This document shows positions 8,860 to 18,775 of a stretch of DNA of 64,000 bases, one piece after another. The notes beneath the pieces were generated by a model. It saw only the letters and a program-made list of their open reading frames with translations, did no database searches and was not told the DNA's origin. Source of the stretch: Desulfobacterales bacterium (GTDB lineage: Bacteria > Desulfobacterota > Desulfobacteria > Desulfobacterales > UBA2245); assembly GCA_040771865.1 (NCBI GenBank), contig JAXGZF010000003.1, positions 372,001-436,000 of the forward strand, written 5' to 3'. Position numbers and translations under genes: made by a program. Numbering within the stretch: the first letter of the stretch is position 1; each line of letters starts with the position of its first letter.

Positions 8860-10455
8860 ATGCGGTTTTTGACGGTTTCAGATCCCATTTCCCAGAAACG
8901 GTTCAGGCGGTTTAAATCCGTCAAGCGGGCCTGGTTCTCGCTCTGGATTCTGGGAATCCTGTATCTGGGAAGCCTGGGCGCCGAACTGATCTGCAACGAT
9001 GTGCCGCTTTATGTGCGGTTTCAGGGCAAGTCCTATTTTCCGGTGTTCCGGTTCTACCCGGAGGATGAATTCCTTCAAAACGCAAGGCACACCCGCCCGA
9101 GCTACAAGGCCATTCATCGATCGCCGGTTTTTACCGAAGATTTAGAAAACCTCATGATTTTTGCCCCGATTCCCTTTGGGCCCTATGAGAGCATCGATCC
9201 GAATTCGATTCCAATGGCCGATCAGGTCACTTTGCGCTTCACCGCATTGCCGAAAATCGCAGCGGCCGACATCAGCCCTGAATACGTCGTCTTCCGGTTC
9301 ACCGGTCCGGATATTCTGTCCGGCAGGGACGCTCAGGCCCTTAAACAAACACCCCTGAGCACCCTGATCCGCATTTCGCCTCCGCTTGAGGAGGCCGTCG
9401 AATTGCGCTTTTCAAACCAGTCTGCGCCGGCATTCCGGGAATCGGTTCGAACCGCCGACAGCCGTCAAGTTCAGATCAGCCTTTCCACCTTTTCGCCCCG
9501 GGCGGCGCCGCCGGAAACCGTGCGCATGACTTTCCGGGAAGCGGAATTCGGCGATGCGCCGGAAGTCCGGATGGTTTTCAGCCGGGATACTGAGCCGGTT
9601 CAGGATCCGGCCAAGATCTGGTCCCGCATCGCCGAACCCGAACGTTCCATTCTTCGAGAACTTGTGAATCAAAGATTTTCCGGTTCCGTGGAGCCATATT
9701 CCCTGTCGATCGACGGCGCTGAATACGGCATTTCCTTTGAGAAATCGGATGTCCGGTTTCCCTATCCGCCAGTCAGGGGCCATTGGATGGGAATTGACGC
9801 GGCGGGCCGGGATGTGCTGGCGCGGGTTCTCTACGGTTTGCGGACCTCCATGTCATTCGGGTTGCTGCTGGTGGTCGGATCCATGGCGCTCGGTGTTTTC
9901 GCCGGCGCGGTGCAGGGCTACTACGGCGGGGCCGTGGACATCGGGGGCCAGCGGTTGATCGAGATCTGGAGCGCGCTGCCCTTTTTGTACATCATGATTC
10001 TGATGGGCTCGGTCTATGGAAGAAGTTTTGTCCTGCTGCTGATCTGTTACGGACTGTTTAACTGGATCGGAATCTCGTATTACATTCGAGCGGAGTTTCT
10101 CCGCCTGCGAAGCCAGGCGTTTGTCGAGGCGGCGCGCTGCATGGGGCTGTCCTCATACAGAATCATCGCCAAGCACATTCTGCCCAACGCCCTGGTGCCG
10201 GTGATCACCCTGTTCCCCTTTTCCCTGGTCGGCGCCATCGGATCACTGGCGGCCCTGGATTATCTGGGTTTCGGCCTGCCGCCGCCGACCGCGAGCTGGG
10301 GGGAGCTGCTTTTTCAAGCCCAGCAGTACCGATGGGCCTGGTGGCTGATTCTGTATCCGTCGTTGGCCCTGTTCGGCGTGATGCTTCTGGGCGTATTCGT
10401 GGGAGAGGGAATTCGAAACGCCTATGATCCCAAGCAGTACACCCGGCTGGAATAG
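8860..10455 (+). CDS. Oligopeptide ABC transporter permease (YejE/OppC-like) with an enlarged extracytoplasmic loop
   Basis: HWMGIDAAGRDVLAR, FVEAARCMG EAA motif, HILPNA, SWGELL. Confidence 0.88.
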   Translation: MRFLTVSDPISQKRFRRFKSVKRAWFSLWILGILYLGSLGAELICNDVPLYVRFQGKSYFPVFRFYPEDEFLQNARHTRPSYKAIHRSPVFTEDLENLMIFAPIPFGPYESIDPNSIPMADQVTLRFTALPKIAAADISPEYVVFRFTGPDILSGRDAQALKQTPLSTLIRISPPLEEAVELRFSNQSAPAFRESVRTADSRQVQISLSTFSPRAAPPETVRMTFREAEFGDAPEVRMVFSRDTEPVQDPAKIWSRIAEPERSILRELVNQRFSGSVEPYSLSIDGAEYGISFEKSDVRFPYPPVRGHWMGIDAAGRDVLARVLYGLRTSMSFGLLLVVGSMALGVFAGAVQGYYGGAVDIGGQRLIEIWSALPFLYIMILMGSVYGRSFVLLLICYGLFNWIGISYYIRAEFLRLRSQAFVEAARCMGLSSYRIIAKHILPNALVPVITLFPFSLVGAIGSLAALDYLGFGLPPPTASWGELLFQAQQYRWAWWLILYPSLALFGVMLLGVFVGEGIRNAYDPKQYTRLE

Positions 10456-10466
10456 GACTCGGAACC

Positions 10467-11447
10467 ATGAATAATGGAACGCTGTTGAAAATTCGGGATC
10501 TGACCGTTGCCTTTGAAACCGGGGAGGGTTCATTTCATGCGGTGGAGCGGGTCTCCTTTGACCTGAACAGAGGGGAGATCGTCGGTCTGGTCGGAGAGTC
10601 GGGCTGTGGAAAGTCGGTGACCGCCCTGAGCCTGCTTCGCCTGATACCCATGCCGCCGGGCAGGATAGTTTCCGGAAGCGCGCTTTTCAAGGGAGAAGAT
10701 CTCCTCAAAGCGCCGCCTTCAAGGCTTCGGGACATACGGGGCCAGGCCATCAGCATGATTTTTCAGGAACCCATGGCGGCACTGTCTCCGCTGCACCGAA
10801 TCGGGGACCAGCTGATCGAGGCCCTGCGGTTTCATCAGAATATTCCGAAGAAAACCGCCGAAGAAATTGCCCTGAGCTGGCTTCGAAAGGTGAATATTCC
10901 CGGCGCAGAGCAGAGAATGAACGCCTATCCTTTCGAGCTTTCCGGCGGAATGCAGCAGCGGGTCATGATTGCCATGGCCCTGATGATGCAGCCGGATCTG
11001 GTGATCGCCGACGAACCGACCACCGCGCTGGACGTGACGGTTCAGGCGCAGATTTTCGAGCTGATTCGGGAGATGCGGCGCCGGGAAACGACCCTTCTGC
11101 TGATCACGCACGACATGGGCGTGGTCTGGGAGATGTGCGACCGGATTCTGGTGATGTATGCCGGAAGACTGGCGGAGGAGGGGCGGCCGCAGGACATATT
11201 CTCAAACCCCCTTCACCCCTATACGCAGGGGCTTCTGCGTTCGATGCCCCGGCTGGATGTCCGTCGAAGAAGGCTGCCCGCGATTGCGGGAAGCGTTCCG
11301 TCTCCCGGAGACTATCCGGCCGGATGCCGGTTCCGGGACCGTTGCCCGAAGGTCCTGGATCGATGTGCCCTTGAGGAGCCCGGAATGGCGGTTCAGGCGG
11401 ACGGCCGTCGGGCCGCCTGTTTCAGGGCCCGTGAATATCTGAAATAA
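10467..11447 (+). CDS. Oligopeptide ABC transporter ATPase (OppD-like)
   Basis: GESGCGKS Walker A, LSGGMQQR signature, ADEPTTALD, C-terminal HPYT...GCRF..RC. Confidence 0.93.
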   Translation: MNNGTLLKIRDLTVAFETGEGSFHAVERVSFDLNRGEIVGLVGESGCGKSVTALSLLRLIPMPPGRIVSGSALFKGEDLLKAPPSRLRDIRGQAISMIFQEPMAALSPLHRIGDQLIEALRFHQNIPKKTAEEIALSWLRKVNIPGAEQRMNAYPFELSGGMQQRVMIAMALMMQPDLVIADEPTTALDVTVQAQIFELIREMRRRETTLLLITHDMGVVWEMCDRILVMYAGRLAEEGRPQDIFSNPLHPYTQGLLRSMPRLDVRRRRLPAIAGSVPSPGDYPAGCRFRDRCPKVLDRCALEEPGMAVQADGRRAACFRAREYLK

Positions 11448-11516
11448 AACGATGTATGGCGAACCGCCGCTTTTGCATTTCCGGAAAATAAGGCGGACAG
11501 GATAAAGAATGATTCG

Positions 11517-12491
11517 ATGAAGAACGATTCCGTGATTCTCAGCGCAACAGATCTGAAAAGCTGGTTTCCCATTCGGCGGGGGGTTCTGGCTCGAACGGTC
11601 GGGTATGTGCGCGCCGTGGACGGGGTTTCCCTGAATATCCACCCGGGCCGGACCCTGGGCCTTGTGGGAGAGTCCGGGTGCGGAAAGACGACCCTGGGCA
11701 GAACGCTGATCGGGCTGGAGCCGGTCCGTTCCGGGACGGTCTGTTTTGAAGGAAAAAATCTTGCCGCTCTCAACCGAAGCGAGATTCGTCAGCTGAGAAA
11801 ACGCATGCAGATCATTTTTCAGGATACGCTGTCCTCGTTGAACCCCCGTATGAATGTGCTGGATATCGTCACCGAGGGGCTGGCCGCGTTTCAAATGCTC
11901 AAGAAAAGCCGACGGGAACATGCCGAGGAACTGATGGCCGATGTCGGTCTGGATAAGGATGCGATTCACCGCTATCCACACGAGTTTTCCGGGGGTCAGC
12001 GCCAGCGGATCAGCATTGCCCGGGCCGTTTCCCTGAAACCGGATTTCATTGTCTGCGACGAGCCGGTCAGCTCGCTGGATGTTTCGGTTCAGGCCCAGGT
12101 CATGAATCTGCTGATGGATCTGAAAGAAAGATACGGTCTGTCCTATCTTTTTATTTCCCACGATTTGAGCGTGGTAAGCAACATCTCCGACCAGACGGCC
12201 GTGATGTACCTGGGAAAGATCATGGAATACGGGGAGGTCGAAGCGGTCATCGGCCGGCCCCTGCATCCCTACACCCGGGCCCTGGTGGATGCGGTTCCCA
12301 TACCGGGGGTTCACAGGGGTCGCCGTCGCATTCTGAGCGGAGAAACCCCCTCTCCGGCGGATCCGCCCTCCGGCTGCCGGTTTCATACCCGCTGCCCGGA
12401 AGTCATGCCGGTCTGCGCACAGATCGAGCCGGAAATGATCCGCTGTTCGGGCCGGGAGGTCCGGTGTCATCTGTATGCGCCGGATCCATGA
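11517..12491 (+). CDS. Oligopeptide ABC transporter ATPase (OppF-like)
   Basis: GESGCGKT, FSGGQRQR, CDEPVSSLD, HPYT, GCRFHTRCP. Confidence 0.93.
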   Translation: MKNDSVILSATDLKSWFPIRRGVLARTVGYVRAVDGVSLNIHPGRTLGLVGESGCGKTTLGRTLIGLEPVRSGTVCFEGKNLAALNRSEIRQLRKRMQIIFQDTLSSLNPRMNVLDIVTEGLAAFQMLKKSRREHAEELMADVGLDKDAIHRYPHEFSGGQRQRISIARAVSLKPDFIVCDEPVSSLDVSVQAQVMNLLMDLKERYGLSYLFISHDLSVVSNISDQTAVMYLGKIMEYGEVEAVIGRPLHPYTRALVDAVPIPGVHRGRRRILSGETPSPADPPSGCRFHTRCPEVMPVCAQIEPEMIRCSGREVRCHLYAPDP

Positions 12492-12517
12492 GTTTGAACC
12501 CGATATCTGGAAGCATT

Positions 12518-13333
12518 ATGGACCAAAGCCTTCGGGAAAAATACGACCGTCTCATAGCCGTTCTTTCATCCTGCGAAAGGCTGATCGTGGCTTTTTCGGG
12601 AGGAACGGACAGCGCCCTGCTCCTCTTTGCCGCACACCAGGCCCTGAAGCAAAACGTGCTGGCCGTTACCGCCGCATCGCCGATTCATGGCGCCGAGCAG
12701 ACCGCGTATGCCCGATCGCTGGCTTCCGACCTGGGCATCGCTCATGTCGAGATCGCGTCCGATGAGATGAATCTGCCCGAATTTGTCGCCAATACGGCCG
12801 ACCGGTGTTATGTCTGCAAAAAAAACCTGTTTGAAAAACTCTTTGCGCTGGGTGGACAACTGGGAATTCGAATGATCGCCCACGGCGCCAACACGGATGA
12901 TGCGAATGATTTCCGGCCGGGCCTTCGAGCCGCTGTTGAACTGGGCGTGATCGCACCGCTGATGGAAGCCGGACTCGGCAAGGCCGGGATTCGGGTTTTG
13001 TCCAGGGAGATGGGTCTTCCCACCTGGAACAGACCGGCCGATGCCTGTCTGGCCACGCGAATCCCTTATGGCGCGCCGATTACAAAAAACGCCCTCAAAC
13101 AGATTGAAAACGCGGAGCATTTTCTGCGGAGCCTGGGCATGGACGGATGCCGGGTTCGGCATCACGGGCAGGTGGCCCGCATCGAAACCGATGTTAAACA
13201 CTTTCAAATATTGCTGGATAAGGCGGTTCGCGCCCGAATCATTGCCGAATTCAGGTCTCTGGATTTTCTTCATATCGCGCTGGATCTGGAGGGCTATGTC
13301 CGCGGGGCGATGAATCGCGGGCTGAGCGTTTAG
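12518..13333 (+). CDS. larE: ATP-dependent sacrificial sulfur transferase LarE-like
   Basis: AFSGGTDS PP-loop, DRCYVCK, DFRPG, ACLATRIPYG, RVRHHG. Confidence 0.85.
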   Translation: MDQSLREKYDRLIAVLSSCERLIVAFSGGTDSALLLFAAHQALKQNVLAVTAASPIHGAEQTAYARSLASDLGIAHVEIASDEMNLPEFVANTADRCYVCKKNLFEKLFALGGQLGIRMIAHGANTDDANDFRPGLRAAVELGVIAPLMEAGLGKAGIRVLSREMGLPTWNRPADACLATRIPYGAPITKNALKQIENAEHFLRSLGMDGCRVRHHGQVARIETDVKHFQILLDKAVRARIIAEFRSLDFLHIALDLEGYVRGAMNRGLSV

Positions 13334-13461
13334 GCAACCGGATGCTTTACATTTCCGCTTTCCCCTGATAAATCCTTGACGATGCGGGGCTTTGCGCCAT
13401 TGAGATCGCGGCGTTCTCGTACCCTGTCTTCAACGGTCGGCTCTGATTGAAAGGAGACCCT

Positions 13462-13725
13462 ATGCTCAAGGTGTATCTGGCCGCCTGGTGTCCCCACTGC
13501 CGAATGACCGAGGCATTTCTTCGGGAAAACGGCATCGAGTATCTTGCCGTGGATATTGAAAAGGCCCCGAAGGATGTGGTGAAACAGGTGGTGGCGGTCA
13601 ATGGCGGAGAGGACTGGGTGGTTCCCACCCTGGAGTACCGGGGAAAATGGAGGCCCGGAAAAGCGTTTGACGCCGCCGGGCTGAAATCGGATTTGATCGA
13701 AATGGGCGTTATGAAAATGAAGTAG
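13462..13725 (+). CDS. Glutaredoxin-like protein
   Basis: WCPHC active site, VVPT cis-Pro motif; AAGGAG RBS. Confidence 0.85.
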   Translation: MLKVYLAAWCPHCRMTEAFLRENGIEYLAVDIEKAPKDVVKQVVAVNGGEDWVVPTLEYRGKWRPGKAFDAAGLKSDLIEMGVMKMK

Positions 13726-13770
13726 GTTCCATCCATTTATGGCTGGACACGAGCTGAGAACGGGTTGTTG

Positions 13771-15369
13771 ATGAACTACCGCATACACCAGTTGATTCTG
13801 CCCTTGGATTATGAAGAGAAAGACCTTCGGGCCGCCGTTCTCCGAAAACTGGGCTGTCAGGCGGACCAGCTTTCGGCCGTCAGCATCGCCCGGCGTTCCG
13901 TGGATTCCCGGCCGCGTTCTTCCGGACCTGTATTTGTCATGTCGGTTGAAGCTCGAACTTCGACCGCTATCGATTTGCCCGCAGACGGCGTGGAGGCGTT
14001 TTCACCCGAAGACTTCGAAGCGCCGCCGGTTTTGAAAAAAAAAGGGTGCCTGCGGCCGGTCGTGGTCGGCGCCGGTCCGGCGGGATTGATGGCGGCCCTG
14101 ACCCTGGCCCGGGCCGGATTGAATCCGGTGGTTCTGGAAAGAGGCGCATCCTGCGATGCGCGTCTCGAAAAGGTTCGCCTGTTCTGGAAGCACGGAGTAC
14201 TGGATCCGCAGACCAATGTGCTTTTCGGCGAGGGCGGGGCCGGGCTTTTCTCCGACGGCAAGCTGACCTCCCGCAGCAAGGACCGTCCCCGCGTCCGGCG
14301 GTTTCTCGACACCCTGGTGGAATGCGGCGCTTCGGAAGACATTCGCATCGACGCCGAACCTCATTTGGGAAGCGATGCCCTGATGCGCATTGTTCCAAAA
14401 CTGCGCCGGCATATCGAAGCAAAGGGCGGCGAGTTCAGGTTTAACGCCCTTGTGGAGGACATGCGCGTTGAAAACGGATCGCTTCGTGCGCTTCGGGTCA
14501 ACGGAGTCTGGATGGATGCGGATGCCTGCATGCTGGCCGCCGGTCACAGCGCTCGGGATGTCTTTGCCATGCTGAATCGGGCCGGCGCGGTTCCGGAGGC
14601 TAAACCCCTTGCCGTCGGCGTTCGTCTGGAGCTGGCCCAGGATCGAATCGACCGCGCTCAATGGGGAAGGTGGGCCGGTCATCCGCGACTCGGAGCCGCC
14701 GCATTCCGACTGACCCATTCGGGCCGGGACCCGCATCGGGCCTGTTACACTTTCTGCATGTGTCCGGGCGGGGAGGTGATACCCTGCGCATCGGCGCCCG
14801 GCGAAATGACTACCAACGGCATGAGTTATGCGGCCAGAAGCGGCGCCTTTGCCAATGCGGCGTTTCTGGTTCCGGTAGATTCAAAGGATTATCCGGTTGC
14901 TGACAATCTGTCCGGGGTTCCGGCCGGATGCAAATTTCAGGCTGACATCGAACGGGCCGTTTTTGCAGCGGGCGGTTCGGATTACAGTCTGCCGGCTTCG
15001 GACCTGGAGTCCTTTCTCAAGGGCCGTGTTCCCCAGGACCTGCCCCAACGATCCTGGGCAAGGTCCCGTCCCGCGGATATCCGCCGATGCCTGCCGGGTT
15101 TTGTCGCCGACAGCCTGGCCGATGCGATTCCGGCCATGCTCAAACGCCTCAGGGGGGTGGGGCCGGAGGCGGTTCTGATTTACGGTGCCGAGACCCGGAG
15201 CTCGAGTCCGGTGCGCGTGCTGCGGGGAGGAGACGGTCAGGCGCTGGGCGTCAGGGGGCTTTATCCCTGCGGCGAGGGTTCCGGTTATGCCGGCGGCATC
15301 GTCAGTTCCGCCGTGGACGGCATCATCGCCGCTGAAGCCCTGTTGCGCTTAAAAATGGATTGCGGTTAA
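13771..15369 (+). CDS. FAD-dependent oxidoreductase/dehydrogenase
   Basis: VVGAGPAG, GEGGAGLFSDGKL, YTFCMCPGG, ETRSSSPVR, GEGSGYAGGIVSSAVDG. Confidence 0.88.
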   Translation: MNYRIHQLILPLDYEEKDLRAAVLRKLGCQADQLSAVSIARRSVDSRPRSSGPVFVMSVEARTSTAIDLPADGVEAFSPEDFEAPPVLKKKGCLRPVVVGAGPAGLMAALTLARAGLNPVVLERGASCDARLEKVRLFWKHGVLDPQTNVLFGEGGAGLFSDGKLTSRSKDRPRVRRFLDTLVECGASEDIRIDAEPHLGSDALMRIVPKLRRHIEAKGGEFRFNALVEDMRVENGSLRALRVNGVWMDADACMLAAGHSARDVFAMLNRAGAVPEAKPLAVGVRLELAQDRIDRAQWGRWAGHPRLGAAAFRLTHSGRDPHRACYTFCMCPGGEVIPCASAPGEMTTNGMSYAARSGAFANAAFLVPVDSKDYPVADNLSGVPAGCKFQADIERAVFAAGGSDYSLPASDLESFLKGRVPQDLPQRSWARSRPADIRRCLPGFVADSLADAIPAMLKRLRGVGPEAVLIYGAETRSSSPVRVLRGGDGQALGVRGLYPCGEGSGYAGGIVSSAVDGIIAAEALLRLKMDCG

Positions 15370-15444
15370 AGGAAAATATCGAAATTCGTAAAAGACGCCG
15401 ACTTCGATGAAACACTTCAAACCGTTTGGAAAAAGGATGCTTTC

Positions 15445-17148
15445 ATGAAAAAGCTGATGGTCGTGATTCTGGCGGCCTGCCTTCTGGCGGCCGGTCTGTG
15501 GTATTACGTGCGAACGCCGCTGAAAACCGTCGATCCGGACCGAGTGCTTCCGGCAGATACCCTGCTGACCTTGGAATGCCGGGATTTAAAAGAACGTCTG
15601 GCCAAGTTCCGGTCGACTCCGCTGGGAAAGAAACTTGGCGAGATTGATTTCGTCGCAGCGATGAAAAAACTCGAGGCGCCGCCGCAATGGACGCAATCTT
15701 ATGAGAACTTTGAAACCAGGCTCAAAGCCGTCCTGCAGAGCCAGCTGTTTGAGGAAATTTTCGGCCGGCGGGCGGTTCTGGCCTGGCTTCCGCACAAGGA
15801 GGCGGCTCTTGAATTCAACGATCCCCTGAATCTGATCAGGCAGGCGGTTCTGGTCGCCCAGCCTCGAAGCCGAATCGAGCTGGTGGAGCTGGCGGGCAAG
15901 GTTCTGTCCAGGGATCTGGTCTTCACGTTCGAGAAGTACAAGGAATACGAGATCCGGCGCTTTGAGCTTCAGACCGACCTTCCGGTTTATTACACGCTGG
16001 CCAAGGGGCTTCTGATCGCCGCTTCGAGCCGGGAAAACATCATCCGTTGCATCGATCAGCTCGAAACTTCGAAAGGCGCGCTGGTCTCGGTTCCGAATTA
16101 CCAAAAACTGCGGCCCGGGAAAACCGGCCGGGTCAATACACTTGTATATGGAAACATAGAGGGCTTCTTTGACATTCTCAAGGCCGGGCTCAAGGAGAAT
16201 GCCGAATTTCAGCAAAAAGCCGCCATGTTCAACGGGTTGAAGCATTTCGGCCTGGTCTCCCTTCAGGATGAAAGGATTCAGAATCATCTGCGGATTCTTT
16301 TCGACGCTCAGGCGCTGGATCCGCGCAACGTGCCGCTTTACAGCCGTGCGCCGGAGATCCACCAGCCCCTGGCCTGGGCCCCGGAAAACCCGCTGCTGTA
16401 CTACAGCGTCAATACGATGGATCTGAATCTGAAGCTTCAGCGCGATCTGGCCGATGCGGGGGCCCGGGAAGCGTTTGCAGACGGATTCATGAAAACGACC
16501 CAGATGCATCCGGACAAGCTGATCGACAGCCTGGGGCATCAGTTCGGGCTGATTATTGACGATCTTCGGGCTGGAGAGTTTCTGCCAAGCGCCAGGATAG
16601 CGGTTTTTATCGAGCTCAACGAGACCGGTCCGATGAACCGGCTGATCAGGTCCGTGGCCGAACAGCTGAACGTCGAATTGAGCGTCCAGCAGAAAAATGG
16701 AATCGACATGCACACCCTGTCGCTTCCCCTGGCCGGCGATTTCCAGCCGACCTTTGCGTTTTACAGGGGATTCTGCCTGCTGGCCTCGAACGGACAGATG
16801 ATTTCCGATATCATCGAAAAAGGGGAGAACCCCTCCGGTCTCTCGAACAATCCCGAGTTTCAGGCGGTTCTCAAGGGATGTCCTGATGCGGTTAATTCGG
16901 TTTCCTACCTGAAATTCGACCGGATGATGGATGCGATCCGCGAACTTCTGGAATGGGGCCGCCGCATGGCCGGTCTTGAAAATGCGAAACGGGCCGAACA
17001 ATTGACCATTCTCACCGACGAGGTGATCTTTCCGCTGCTGGAAGGCCTGAAGATGTACCAGAGCATGGGGTCGTTTGCCCAGCTCAAGGACGGTGAAATG
17101 GAGGCTTATTCCTTCACCCGCGTGGCGTCGGAAGCAAAGTCCAAATGA
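15445..17148 (+). CDS. Membrane-anchored exported protein (DUF3352-like)
   Basis: N-terminal hydrophobic anchor followed by LPAD; two repeated alpha/beta halves; family assignment from overall pattern only. Confidence 0.55.
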   Translation: MKKLMVVILAACLLAAGLWYYVRTPLKTVDPDRVLPADTLLTLECRDLKERLAKFRSTPLGKKLGEIDFVAAMKKLEAPPQWTQSYENFETRLKAVLQSQLFEEIFGRRAVLAWLPHKEAALEFNDPLNLIRQAVLVAQPRSRIELVELAGKVLSRDLVFTFEKYKEYEIRRFELQTDLPVYYTLAKGLLIAASSRENIIRCIDQLETSKGALVSVPNYQKLRPGKTGRVNTLVYGNIEGFFDILKAGLKENAEFQQKAAMFNGLKHFGLVSLQDERIQNHLRILFDAQALDPRNVPLYSRAPEIHQPLAWAPENPLLYYSVNTMDLNLKLQRDLADAGAREAFADGFMKTTQMHPDKLIDSLGHQFGLIIDDLRAGEFLPSARIAVFIELNETGPMNRLIRSVAEQLNVELSVQQKNGIDMHTLSLPLAGDFQPTFAFYRGFCLLASNGQMISDIIEKGENPSGLSNNPEFQAVLKGCPDAVNSVSYLKFDRMMDAIRELLEWGRRMAGLENAKRAEQLTILTDEVIFPLLEGLKMYQSMGSFAQLKDGEMEAYSFTRVASEAKSK

Positions 17149-17696
17149 ACGAAAGCCCGAACGGTGAGATCCGGCCCCAAAAAAGCCGAACGCGGATCAA
17201 GCGCGAAATGATTGCGCTTCAGGAGCTTGGCGGGCGGCTGGCAAAGCTTTCCGAGGTCCAGCTTCAGCGGATCAATCTGCCGGCCGAGCTTTGCGAGGCG
17301 GTGCGTTTTGCCGCAACCCTCAAATCCCGCGGGGCGATTCGCCGGCAGATTCAGTATATCGGCGTTCTGATGCGCGATATCGATTCCGGGCCGATTCAAG
17401 AGGCCCTGGAGCGGATCGACCAGGCATCGGGCCAGGATGCGGCCTCTTTCAAACAGATCGAACTGTGGCGCGATGCGCTTGCGGCCGGAGATGCGCAGGT
17501 TCTGGAAAGGATTCTGCAGGAATATCCGGAAGCCGACCGCGCCCGCATGAACCAGCTGGCGAGAAACGCCCGAAAGGAAAAACGCGAAGGCCGGCCTCCC
17601 AAAGCGTCCCGGGAGCTTTTCCGGTATCTTCGGATCCTCTGCCAGGCCGGTCCGGCAGGCAATTCGAATGAACATCCTTCGGACGGGGCGCCTTAG
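17145..17696 (+). CDS. darP: Ribosome biogenesis factor YjgA/DarP (DUF615)
   Basis: SRTRIKREMIALQELG, RRQIQYIGVLMR, ELWRDAL, RELFRYL. Confidence 0.9.
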   Translation: MNESPNGEIRPQKSRTRIKREMIALQELGGRLAKLSEVQLQRINLPAELCEAVRFAATLKSRGAIRRQIQYIGVLMRDIDSGPIQEALERIDQASGQDAASFKQIELWRDALAAGDAQVLERILQEYPEADRARMNQLARNARKEKREGRPPKASRELFRYLRILCQAGPAGNSNEHPSDGAP

Positions 17697-17700
17697 GATC

Positions 17701-18663
17701 ATGCCGGTTTTAAATGCAGACCAGATTTTGAAGCGGTCCGAAATCCTCAGGCAGAAGGTTTCCCCCTGCGAGCTGTGCCCGCGGCAGTGCCGGGCCCTTC
17801 GGCTGCAGGGTGAAAAGGGATTCTGCGGCCTGACCGATGCGGCGGTCCTCTCTCACTGCCTGCCGCATTTCGGGGAAGAGCCGCCGATCAGCGGCGGCAG
17901 CGGGTCCGGCACGGTCTTTCTTTCCGGCTGCAACGCCGCCTGTCTGTTCTGCCAGAACTATCAGATCAGCCGCCTGCGAATGGGGCGCGCGGTTTCCAGT
18001 ATGGAACTGGCCGAAGCATTCCTGAAACTTCAGGACCGGGGGTGTGTCAATATCAACTGGGTGACTCCCACCCCGCATCTGCCTTTTCTGGTCGAGGCTC
18101 TGGCCCTGGCCGTCGCGAACGGCCTGAGACTTCCCGTGGTCTACAACACCAACGGATACGATCGCGTGAAGATCCTTCGCCTGCTTTCCGGCGTGGTGGA
18201 CGTGTATCTTCCGGACATGAAATACGGTGAAAACCACTGGGCCGAAAGTTTTTCTCAAATGCCGGGGTATGTGGAGATCAGCTTCGAGGCGGTTCGCGAA
18301 ATGGTCCGGCAGGTCGGACCGCTCGAACTCGACTCCGCCGGAACGGCCCGGCGCGGAGTCCTGATCCGTCATCTGGTGCTGCCCGAGGATACGGCTTCAA
18401 GCCGTCTGGTTTTTCAGCGCATTGCGCAGCTTGGCCGGATTCCCGTCAGCGTCATGGCCCAGTACAAACCCTGTTTCGAAGCTCGGAAACATCCGGTGCT
18501 CAACCGGGGCCTGTATCCCTTTGAGTACCGGGAGGCTTTGAAAGCCTTTGAGGAGGCGGGGCTGTCGGCCGGGTATATTCAGGATCTGGAATCCCTGGAT
18601 GTCCAGGACGCCTATTTCCCGGATTTCAGCAAGGATACAGACGACATTTTCGGGCAGTCATGA
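17701..18663 (+). CDS. Radical SAM protein (PflX-like)
   Basis: CELCPRQC, HFGEEPPISG, CNAACLFCQN (CxxxCxxC), YLPDMKY, LIRHLVLP. Confidence 0.9.
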   Translation: MPVLNADQILKRSEILRQKVSPCELCPRQCRALRLQGEKGFCGLTDAAVLSHCLPHFGEEPPISGGSGSGTVFLSGCNAACLFCQNYQISRLRMGRAVSSMELAEAFLKLQDRGCVNINWVTPTPHLPFLVEALALAVANGLRLPVVYNTNGYDRVKILRLLSGVVDVYLPDMKYGENHWAESFSQMPGYVEISFEAVREMVRQVGPLELDSAGTARRGVLIRHLVLPEDTASSRLVFQRIAQLGRIPVSVMAQYKPCFEARKHPVLNRGLYPFEYREALKAFEEAGLSAGYIQDLESLDVQDAYFPDFSKDTDDIFGQS

Positions 18664-18775
18664 GAAGGCGGGGAGAATAGCCCTTGATTTCAGGCCGCAT
18701 ATTCATTAGAAAATTCGAGCGGTTCGAAGAAACGTTCAAACAGGGAATATCGAAGCCGAGAATGCATAATTGAAC

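Noticed and set aside
11202..12470. 422-aa minus-strand ORF (likewise 15586-17001, 18626-19654, 37443-38420 and the plus-strand 22-765)
   Set aside because: Opposite-strand shadows of confident genes, expected in GC-rich DNA
18664..18775. Possible cobalamin riboswitch before the btuF-like gene
   Set aside because: The intergenic region is only ~110 bp and I see no B12-box or other conserved riboswitch elements
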